Assembly (NCBI GenBank): GCA_963666735.1
Contig: OY762926.1
Location: 2,240,001 to 2,304,000 of the forward strand
DNA: 64,000 bases
DNA from: Gemmatimonadota bacterium
GTDB lineage: Bacteria > Gemmatimonadota > Gemmatimonadetes > Palauibacterales > Palauibacteraceae
Direction: 5' to 3'
This document shows, one piece after another, positions 56,874 through 64,000 of this stretch. The translations under genes and the position numbers were made by a program. A model generated the notes under the pieces. It saw only the letters and a program-made list of their open reading frames with translations, was not told where the DNA came from and made no database searches. The first letter of the stretch is position 1. Each line of letters begins with the position of its first letter.

Positions 56874-57485
56874 ATGACGGCCAGATCTCGATTGAAGATA
56901 TACACGAAAGGCGGGGACGGAGGGGAGACCACGCTCCTCGGCGGCGCGCGTGCTCCGAAGGGCGATGCGCGAGTCGCCGCCTACGGTACGGTCGATGAAC
57001 TCAACGCGGTGATCGGGACGGCGCTCGCCCTCGACCCGGAGGGCGCGACGCTCGGCGAATCCGGGCCGGCGCTCGGGGCGGTCCAGGAGGATCTGTTCAC
57101 AATCGGCGCCCGCCTCGCCGCCTCCAATCCCGGCCGGTTGTTGCGGAAGGGCACGATTCCTGCCCTCTCCTCCGACCGGATCGAAGCGCTTGAGACGTGG
57201 ATCGACGCGCTGGACGCCGAACTTCCCGCGCTCGATGCCTTCGTTCTGCCCGGCGGGTCGCCCCTCGCCGCGCAGTTGCACGTCGCGCGCACCGTGTGTC
57301 GGCGGGCGGAACGGGGCGTCACCGCTCTCCTCGAGGAGCAGCCGGACCTCGCCGACGTCGTCGTCCCCTACATCAACCGTCTCTCCGACCTGCTGTTCAC
57401 CCTCGCCCGGGCCGCGAACCGGCGGGCGGGCCGCGAGGACTCGATGTGGCTGCCCCGGCGGAAGCGGGACGACGGCGGGCGATGA
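56874..57485 (+). CDS. Cob(I)alamin adenosyltransferase, PduO type
   Basis: KIYTKGGDGGET, AYGTVDELN, FVLPGG, ARTVCRRAER, YINRLSD. Confidence 0.93.
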   Translation: MTARSRLKIYTKGGDGGETTLLGGARAPKGDARVAAYGTVDELNAVIGTALALDPEGATLGESGPALGAVQEDLFTIGARLAASNPGRLLRKGTIPALSSDRIEALETWIDALDAELPALDAFVLPGGSPLAAQLHVARTVCRRAERGVTALLEEQPDLADVVVPYINRLSDLLFTLARAANRRAGREDSMWLPRRKRDDGGR

Positions 57486-57525
57486 AGACACATGAAGGCA
57501 CATGAAGGCACAATGCGGACCGTGA
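57482..57525 (+). repeat. Three ATGAAGRCAC units at 10-bp period forming two heptapeptide mini-ORFs
   Basis: ATGs at 57482, 57492 and 57502. Confidence 0.85.
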
Positions 57526-58376
57526 CGCGCACCCCGTTTCGACTCAGGCCACCGGGCGCGGACCTCCGCGGCGACTACCGGTCGAGCACCGCTCGGGTCG
57601 AGGGGGAGGGCGCTTCTCCCGCCGGCGACGCGGCGCTCGTCGTCTGCCACGGCTTCAAGGGCTTCAAGGACTGGGGCTTCTTCCCGTATCTCTGCGAACA
57701 ACTCGCGGAGAGGACCGGGACCTCCGTTGTCTCCTTCAACTTCGATGGCTCCGGCGTGCGCGACTCGGATTTCGACGACCTGGAGGCCTTCAGCCACAAC
57801 ACCTTCTCCCGCGAACTGTGGGACCTCGAGGCCATCCTCGATGGACTCGCGGCGGGCCGGCTCGGAGACATCGAGGTCGCCCCGGCCACGCGCTTCGGCC
57901 TCCTCGGACACAGCCGGGGCGGCGCCACCTGCATCCTCAAGGCCGGCCTCCGGTCACAGGTCCGGGGGCTCGTCACTTGGGCTTCGATCTCCTCCGTCAC
58001 GCGCTACGAGAGCTTCGCGGACCGGTGGGATGCCGGGGAAACCGTGATCATCCCGAATGCGCGCACGAAGCAGGACATGCCGCTCGAGCGAAACGTGCTC
58101 GACGACATGCGCGCGAACCGGGAGCGCCTCGACGTGCTCGGCAGCGCCGCGTGCCTGCGGATTCCGGTCACGGTGGTGCACGGGACGGCCGACGAGTCCG
58201 TGCCCTTCAGCGACGCCTGGCGGATCGCCGACGCGGTGGGAGACCTCGCGCGGCTTGTCGGGGTAGAAGGTGGCACGCACACGTTCCAGGCCGGACACCC
58301 GTTCGCGGGGACGACACCGGAACTCGAAGAAGCGATCGACGCCTCGGTCGAACTGTTCACGCGCGCGCTCGGTTGA
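57492..58376 (+). CDS. Alpha/beta hydrolase (start 57492, 57513 or 57522)
   Basis: HGFKGFKDWG, GHSRGG, HGTADESV, HTF. Confidence 0.9.
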   Translation: MKAHEGTMRTVTRTPFRLRPPGADLRGDYRSSTARVEGEGASPAGDAALVVCHGFKGFKDWGFFPYLCEQLAERTGTSVVSFNFDGSGVRDSDFDDLEAFSHNTFSRELWDLEAILDGLAAGRLGDIEVAPATRFGLLGHSRGGATCILKAGLRSQVRGLVTWASISSVTRYESFADRWDAGETVIIPNARTKQDMPLERNVLDDMRANRERLDVLGSAACLRIPVTVVHGTADESVPFSDAWRIADAVGDLARLVGVEGGTHTFQAGHPFAGTTPELEEAIDASVELFTRALG

Positions 58377-58389
58377 GAGAGGCCAGGGG

Positions 58390-58932
58390 ATGGGACGAAT
58401 GATCTGGAACCGACCGATCGGAAGGCGGGGTTCGGGGCCCGTGGGGGCGGCGGTCGCCCTGGCCGCCGGACTCGTGACGGGAGGCTGCCAATTCGAGCGG
58501 CTGGACGGTAACGGCTCACCGCTGGCGGATGAGGGGCCCGATCTCGCCGAGCAGGTCGCCTCCCTGCTCGACCTGCAGGCGGCGGCGTGGAACGCGGGCG
58601 ACCTCGAGGGTTTCATGAGCGCCTACTCCCCATCTCCGACGACGACCTATATCGGATCGACGGGACTCATCGAAGGCTACGACGGGATTCGGGAGCGATA
58701 CGCCCCGGGATTCGCGGAGGGCGCGGCGCGGGACAGCCTCCGCTTCGAGGGCCTGCGGGTCCGGGAGGTGGATGAGCGGGTCGGCGTCGCGACGGCGCGC
58801 TACGTCCTCGAACGCGAGGGGACCGTCACATCGACGGGGCCGTTCACGCTTGTCCTGCTGAACGTGGAAGGAGCCTGGCTCATCGTCCACGATCAGTCGG
58901 CCGAAGGCGGTGCCGAAGACAGTGGGGGCTGA
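58390..58932 (+). CDS. NTF2-like (DUF4440/YybH) lipoprotein
   Basis: TGGC lipobox; AWNAGDLEGFMSAY, FTLV, W.IVHDQS. Confidence 0.8.
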   Translation: MGRMIWNRPIGRRGSGPVGAAVALAAGLVTGGCQFERLDGNGSPLADEGPDLAEQVASLLDLQAAAWNAGDLEGFMSAYSPSPTTTYIGSTGLIEGYDGIRERYAPGFAEGAARDSLRFEGLRVREVDERVGVATARYVLEREGTVTSTGPFTLVLLNVEGAWLIVHDQSAEGGAEDSGG

Positions 58933-58939
58933 CCTGCGG

Positions 58940-60175
58940 ATGCGGAACTTCGACTACATCATCGTGGGGGGCGGCCTCGCGGCGGTCTCGGCGGTGGACG
59001 GGATCCGGGAGATCGACGGCGAGGGCTCGATCGGCATGTTCGCGGACGAGGCGGACCCTCCCTATCACCGGCCTCCCCTGTCGAAGGAGTTCCTGCAGGC
59101 GGAGGGCGCGCCGCGCGACCTTCTGCATGTGAAGCCTGCGCGCTGGTTCGAGGACCGGGCGGACGGGCTCACGCTGTTCACGGACGCGCCGGTGAAGCGT
59201 CTGGACGCGCGCGCCATGACCATCCACACGGCTGCGGGGGACGCGTTCCGGGGCCGTCGCATTCTGATCGCCACGGGGGGGCGGGCGAAGCGGCTCGACG
59301 TGCCGGGAAGCGATTTCCCGGGCGTGCTGTCCCTCCGCACCGCCGCCGACTCCGAGCGACTGCGCGAAATGGCCCGCGGCGCGTCGCGCGTCGTGCTCGT
59401 CGGCGCCGGCTTCATCGGAATGGAACTGGCTTCATCGCTGTCGAAGTTCGACGTGGATGCCGTCGTCGTAGAGGTGGAGCCGCGCGTGTGGGCGCGCGTC
59501 TTCCCGGAAACGATCGCGAGTTTCCTCCGCCGCTATTTCGAGGAGCGCGGCGTGCGATTCATGATGGGCTCGGGCGTGGCCGCCTTCGAGGGCGAGGGAC
59601 GTCTTGGGAGGGTCGTGCTCGACAGCGGCGAGGAGGTCCCGGCCGACCTTGCGATCGTGGGCGTCGGGATGTCGCCGAGCGAGGAACTCGGCGCAAAAGC
59701 CGGCCTCGCGGTTCAGGACGGGATCGTCGTGGACGGGTTCGCGGAGACGACGGCCGCCCACATCTACGCGGCGGGCGACGTGGCGCGCTTCCCCGATCCC
59801 CTGGAGGGCGGACTGTCGCGCCTCGAGCACTGGGACCACGCCCGCGCCCACGGGCGCCACGCGGGCCGCAACATGGCCGGCGCGAGGGAGGCGTTCGACC
59901 ATCTCTCCTATTTCTTCACGCACGTCTTCGATCTCAGCATCAACGTGTTCGGGGAGACGGCCGAGGTGGACCGCACGATCGTCTCGGGCGAACTTGGCTC
60001 CGGCCGCTCGATCGTCTACTGCGTGACGGACAACCGGCTCATCGGCACGATCCTCATCAACGCGACCGGCGCGCTGGAGGACTGCCGGGCGCTGGTGCGC
60101 GCGCGCCCCACGGTCGAGGATCTGTTGAAGGAATTCGAGAAGCCGGGCGTGCGGCCCGGCGAGTTGGTCGGATAA
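58940..60175 (+). CDS. NAD(P)/FAD-dependent oxidoreductase (ferredoxin reductase-like)
   Basis: GGGLAA, PY.RPPLSK, GAGFIGME, IYAAGDVA, EHWD.A. Confidence 0.9.
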   Translation: MRNFDYIIVGGGLAAVSAVDGIREIDGEGSIGMFADEADPPYHRPPLSKEFLQAEGAPRDLLHVKPARWFEDRADGLTLFTDAPVKRLDARAMTIHTAAGDAFRGRRILIATGGRAKRLDVPGSDFPGVLSLRTAADSERLREMARGASRVVLVGAGFIGMELASSLSKFDVDAVVVEVEPRVWARVFPETIASFLRRYFEERGVRFMMGSGVAAFEGEGRLGRVVLDSGEEVPADLAIVGVGMSPSEELGAKAGLAVQDGIVVDGFAETTAAHIYAAGDVARFPDPLEGGLSRLEHWDHARAHGRHAGRNMAGAREAFDHLSYFFTHVFDLSINVFGETAEVDRTIVSGELGSGRSIVYCVTDNRLIGTILINATGALEDCRALVRARPTVEDLLKEFEKPGVRPGELVG

Positions 60176-60202
60176 GGGGCCGGGGCCGGATACGGTCGAA
60201 AG

Positions 60203-60616
60203 GTGACGGATACGATGGAAGCGAACGATACGAGGGATCCGATGGACGGCATGGGCTCGGCGGGCGACGCGCCGTCAGCGGACGAAAACCCGTCGGCCGC
60301 CCCGACGTCCGAGGAGACGCCCGAGATCGAGGAGAAGGTGCGGACGGCGCTTCGGACCGTGACCGACCCTGAACTCGGCATCAACATCGTGGATCTCGGA
60401 CTCGTTTACGACGTCCAGGTGGAGGAGGGCGAGGCGAAGGTCACGATGACGCTGACCAGCCCCGGCTGTCCGGCAGGCGGGCAGATCCTCGGCGGGGCCA
60501 AGGACGCGGCGGAGACGGTGGACGGCGTGGACGACGCGGTCGTGAGCCTCGTGTGGAAGCCGTTCTGGACGCCCGAGAGGATCGACCCGGCGGTGCGGGC
60601 GATGATGGGCTTCTGA
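60203..60616 (+). CDS. Fe-S cluster assembly factor, DUF59 (SufT/PaaD-like)
   Basis: DPELGINIVDLGLVY, MTLTSPGCP. Confidence 0.9.
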   Translation: MTDTMEANDTRDPMDGMGSAGDAPSADENPSAAPTSEETPEIEEKVRTALRTVTDPELGINIVDLGLVYDVQVEEGEAKVTMTLTSPGCPAGGQILGGAKDAAETVDGVDDAVVSLVWKPFWTPERIDPAVRAMMGF

Positions 60617-60652
60617 CGGTGTTCGGACACTGATGATCGCCGGGTTCTGACG

Positions 60653-61129
60653 ATGCTTCTTCGGCTGTTTCTGCTGTTCACGATCGTCCCCGTCGTGGAA
60701 CTCGCGCTCCTCATACGCATCGGCGGCCTGCTCGGGCTTGGGCCCACACTCCTCCTCGTCATCGGGACGGGCGCGGCGGGTGCGTGGCTCGCCCGGCGTG
60801 AGGGGCTTCGGGCCTGGCTCGCCGTCCGCGACGAACTCCAAGGGGGTGGCCTGCCGGGCGAGTCGCTCGTCCACGCGCTGCTGATTCTCGCCGCGGGGGT
60901 GGTCCTCATCACGCCCGGCGTCCTCACCGACATCGCCGGTATCCTGCTCTTGATCCCGCCCGTGCGGGGGCGGCTCATCGCCCGCGTACGGAACTGGCTC
61001 GGCAGGCAGGTCGAGGGCGGCGCGATCCGAGTTGTGAGTGGGCCCGACGGCGCATTCGACCGAGGGGGCGGGGACGGCACGCTGGGGCGGGAGATCATCG
61101 TGGAAGAGGGTGAGCGGGACGGGCGCTGA
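60653..61129 (+). CDS. fxsA: FxsA family membrane protein
   Basis: P.VELALLI, LITPGVLTD..G..LL.PP.R. Confidence 0.88.
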   Translation: MLLRLFLLFTIVPVVELALLIRIGGLLGLGPTLLLVIGTGAAGAWLARREGLRAWLAVRDELQGGGLPGESLVHALLILAAGVVLITPGVLTDIAGILLLIPPVRGRLIARVRNWLGRQVEGGAIRVVSGPDGAFDRGGGDGTLGREIIVEEGERDGR

Positions 61130-61235
61130 GACTTATTGAAAGGTTGAGATCGCCGGGGCGATTCCACACATCCCGCCATACGTTGACAAGGACGGGCATG
61201 CGACCCTACATCACATCAACAAGCTGGGCAAGCAT

Positions 61236-61739
61236 GTGCTTGCCTGTGAGCGAACAACCCTAACTTGGGAGGTGATAGTCGAGTTCGGGGATTATCAGTG
61301 TCGGTATTGTCGCGAGGCCGAACCTCATCTCGCGGCAATACTGCGGGAGTTCGAGGCCGATGTCGCTCTAGTCTTCCGACATCGACCGCTTGTTATCGAG
61401 TCTGCCTCGTACACTGCCGCAAGAGCGGCGGAGTGCGCGGGCGAACAAGGTGCCTTTTGGCCGTTCCACCATCGATTGCTTTCGAGTCCTAGCTGGCAAG
61501 TCGGCGACACCAACGAAGCCCTTAAACAGCTGGGGGTGGAAGTCGGCATCGTCGACCAAGTCGGTTTTGAGGCGTGCGTTGAGAGCGAGGCACCTGTGCC
61601 GACGATTACGGCCGACCTGAACGCTGCCGCCGACTTGAGCGTGTCCGGCACCCCAGCCTTCCTCGTTAACGGTCGACTGTCTATGGGTGTGCTGGACTCG
61701 CTCTCCTTCGCCGACATCTACGAGCGGGTCCGGCCGTAG
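61236..61739 (+). CDS. DsbA-like thioredoxin-domain protein, apparently N-terminally truncated
   Basis: EFGDYQCRYC, AARAAECA.EQG.FW, GTPAF.VNG; lower GC; no signal/anchor. Confidence 0.7.
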   Translation: MLACERTTLTWEVIVEFGDYQCRYCREAEPHLAAILREFEADVALVFRHRPLVIESASYTAARAAECAGEQGAFWPFHHRLLSSPSWQVGDTNEALKQLGVEVGIVDQVGFEACVESEAPVPTITADLNAAADLSVSGTPAFLVNGRLSMGVLDSLSFADIYERVRP

Positions 61740-63002
61740 GTGGGCCGGAAGGGATCCGCCACGGGTCGCGTAGGGCTGGGGCTCGCCCTCGCGGGACTTT
61801 GCGCTTCGGGATGGCCGCTGCTCGGGCAGGACGTGTGCGAGAGCCCGTGGCGCCTCGAAGAGACGCTCCGTCTGGGCTCAGCGGACGGCGACGTGGCGCT
61901 CAACACGGTGAACGACCTCGCGGTCGGCCCCGCCGGTAAGATCTATCTCCTCCAAGGTTGGGATCCGATATTGGTATTCTGGCCCGATGGTCGCCCTGAG
62001 GGGGCGATCGGGCGATCGGGCGAGGGGCCGGGAGAGTTTGCTTCGCCACTCCGCCGTCTCGGCTGGCGGGGCGACACCCTATGGGTGAGCCATCGGCTCG
62101 CCACGCAGTTTCTATCGGCGGACGGCAAGGAAATTCGCCGGGTCCGTTTCTCGGTCCCCTTGGCTTCGGAGGGATCGATCCTCGCGCCCGGTACGCCGCT
62201 CGCCGACGGGACCTTCCTGCCAAGGCGGATGGTTACCGAGAACGAACTTCGCCTGAAGCTTGCCGGGCGCGTTCCGTTGCGCCGACTCTCAGCGTTGGGC
62301 GCGATCATCGACACGCTGGCCGTGGTGGAGCGTCACTTGGCATCGTTCAGCGTCGTGCGAGAGATCGACCGCAATGGGTGGGGCGTGCGTACAGAGCACC
62401 CTCTGGGTCCGTGGCGGGGCGAGTCTTGGCTGCCGGTGGCGGTCGACCCGGACGGCACCGCCATCGTCCTGCTCGGCGAGATGCGTGACGATCACGAGAA
62501 GGCCAGTTTCGAGCTGTTGAGGATCCGATTCGATGGCGACACGCTCTTACACAGGACCATTCCCTACAAGCGAAGAAGGATATCCGCAGCCGAGCAGCGG
62601 CGACAACGCGAGGTCTTTGCATCCCGCATGGCTGAGGACAGAATCCCGCAGTCGCGGAGGCGGCTCTCTCCCTCAGAATCGGAGCGGCGGCGGCGCATCG
62701 GTGGGGAACTCATCACGTTTCCCGATTTCTATCCCCCGGTGCGTCGTATCGTGGCGGGGGGCGACGGCTCGATGTGGCTTTTGAGAGAGGCTTGGCCGAG
62801 TCTGGCGGACATCTGGGAGATCTACGGCGAAGACGGAGAGCTTGAGGGTTCGGTGCGCATCGAGGGACCGCCCGACCATGAGAACTGGAACCCGCGGCTC
62901 AGGATCCTCCGTGCCCGTCGCACCGAGGTCTGGGGGATGACCCTCGGCGCGTTCAACGTTCCCTATGTCCACCGCTTCCGGGTCGACCGAAGTTGCAACT
63001 AG
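61740..63002 (+). CDS. Exported 6-bladed beta-propeller protein
   Basis: Signal peptide; WRLEETLRLG, GRSGEGPGEF, DTLWV, C-terminal VPYV.RFR...C. Confidence 0.78.
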   Translation: MGRKGSATGRVGLGLALAGLCASGWPLLGQDVCESPWRLEETLRLGSADGDVALNTVNDLAVGPAGKIYLLQGWDPILVFWPDGRPEGAIGRSGEGPGEFASPLRRLGWRGDTLWVSHRLATQFLSADGKEIRRVRFSVPLASEGSILAPGTPLADGTFLPRRMVTENELRLKLAGRVPLRRLSALGAIIDTLAVVERHLASFSVVREIDRNGWGVRTEHPLGPWRGESWLPVAVDPDGTAIVLLGEMRDDHEKASFELLRIRFDGDTLLHRTIPYKRRRISAAEQRRQREVFASRMAEDRIPQSRRRLSPSESERRRRIGGELITFPDFYPPVRRIVAGGDGSMWLLREAWPSLADIWEIYGEDGELEGSVRIEGPPDHENWNPRLRILRARRTEVWGMTLGAFNVPYVHRFRVDRSCN

Positions 63003-63013
63003 ACGGCGATCTC

Positions 63014-63607
63014 GTGTCTGAGCGCTGCTTCGGCCTTCGGCGGTGCAACTTCGGTTCGCCGCGAGTGATCGCGGGCCTCGCCGCCGCGGGCGTCGCGGGG
63101 CTGGCGCTCGCCGGAGCCGTGCGGGGCGAGTCGAGCCGGGAGACGGCCGGAGCGAGCCTCCCCGGGGACCCGCCGGGCTGTCTTCTCACACCCGAGGTGG
63201 TCAAGCTCTCCGGCACCCAGAGCGCGCCGGAGGGCCGCGGCTCCATGACGCTCACTCAACCCGGCTCGCCGTTCGACGTCACCGTCGACGCGGACGGCTT
63301 CCAGACGTTCGACATCGCGATACAGGTCGACCGGATGCGCCGCCGCCGCGGGGCGGTCTACGTCGCGTGGGCCGCGAAGCCCGAACTCGACGAGTGGATG
63401 CAGCTCGGTACGCTCGGCGAGGAGAACCGGATCGAAGCGCGGGTCTCCTGGAACCAGTTCCTCGTGTTCGTGAGCGAGGAGGCGTCGGCCGACGTCGAGC
63501 GCTGGCAGGGACCGATCCTGCTCACCGGCCTCTCGCCCTCCGGCCGCCTCCACACCATGGCCGGCCACGGCCCCTTCGAGGCCATGAACTGCCAGCTCTA
63601 CTTCTGA
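63014..63607 (+). CDS. Hypothetical exported protein upstream of multicopper oxidase
   Basis: Hydrophobic N-terminus; YVAWA, HTMAGHG C-terminus; start uncertain (63014 or 63065). Confidence 0.6.
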   Translation: MSERCFGLRRCNFGSPRVIAGLAAAGVAGLALAGAVRGESSRETAGASLPGDPPGCLLTPEVVKLSGTQSAPEGRGSMTLTQPGSPFDVTVDADGFQTFDIAIQVDRMRRRRGAVYVAWAAKPELDEWMQLGTLGEENRIEARVSWNQFLVFVSEEASADVERWQGPILLTGLSPSGRLHTMAGHGPFEAMNCQLYF

Positions 63608-63615
63608 GCCGAGCG

Positions 63616-64000
63616 GTGAGCGGACCGGGCGTGCGGGTGGCCCGACACTGCGCCGTCGCAGCCATCGTCCCCGCCCTTGTCGGAATGGCGGGTACGCCGC
63701 CGGCATCGGGGCAGCAGCACGCGGGCCACACGGTGGCGACGGACAGCATGGGGGCCGTGTGGCGCATGCCGCCGCAGCCGATCCCGATGCCGATGATGTT
63801 GCCGGGCCTGATGGGCGCCGTCCCCGGGGTGACCCCGTACCTGCCCGACCCCGGCCACGATCCCGCGATGCTTCCGGAGGCGGTCTTCCGCGAGGTCGTG
63901 GAGATGGCCGACGGCGACACGCTCCACCTCGAGGCCGGGTTCGTGCGGCGCACGATCGGCACGCGCACCTTCACGATGTACGGCTTCAACGGGCAGTATC
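63616..64000 (+). CDS. Multicopper oxidase, N-terminal part (runs off the window)
   Basis: Manual translation: signal peptide, Met/His-rich segment, ...MYGFNGQY. Confidence 0.7.
   Translation, partial: MSGPGVRVARHCAVAAIVPALVGMAGTPPASGQQHAGHTVATDSMGAVWRMPPQPIPMPMMLPGLMGAVPGVTPYLPDPGHDPAMLPEAVFREVVEMADGDTLHLEAGFVRRTIGTRTFTMYGFNGQY

Overview
GC-rich bacterial chromosomal window. Gene content (BlaI/M56 pair, 6-bladed beta-propellers, many Tat/lipoprotein enzymes, CCA-less tRNAs) suggests a Gemmatimonadota, possibly Palauibacterales-like, genome; this is an inference, not a database result. It holds about 55 intact CDSs, mostly amino-acid/peptide catabolism, exported hydrolases and oxidoreductases, and transporters. 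There are 13 tRNA genes in two minus-strand clusters, a ~167-bp TIR-bounded MITE-like element, and several lower-GC accessory patches: an ABC-ATPase + DUF3226/TOPRIM pair, an orphan NlaIII-like adenine methyltransferase inside a long target duplication, and a Cys-rich peptide + propeller cassette. Between 42 and 53 kb lie decayed defence and toxin-antitoxin remnants. No CRISPR array or rRNA was seen. Most notable observations: (1) two operon junctions where tandem-repeated ATGA units create complete two-step mini-ORF stop-start relays; (2) the candidate PARIS-like defence pair; (3) two tandem paralog pairs that each look like an active enzyme plus a degenerate partner (exported FAH pair, M29-like pair); (4) a Tat-lipoprotein alanine-racemase-fold protein lacking the catalytic Tyr; (5) a TmpAB-like BBOX/HD oxygenase pair next to metF; (6) an antisense copy of a tRNA-Arg 3' end in its own trailer. 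All family assignments come from motifs recognised by eye.
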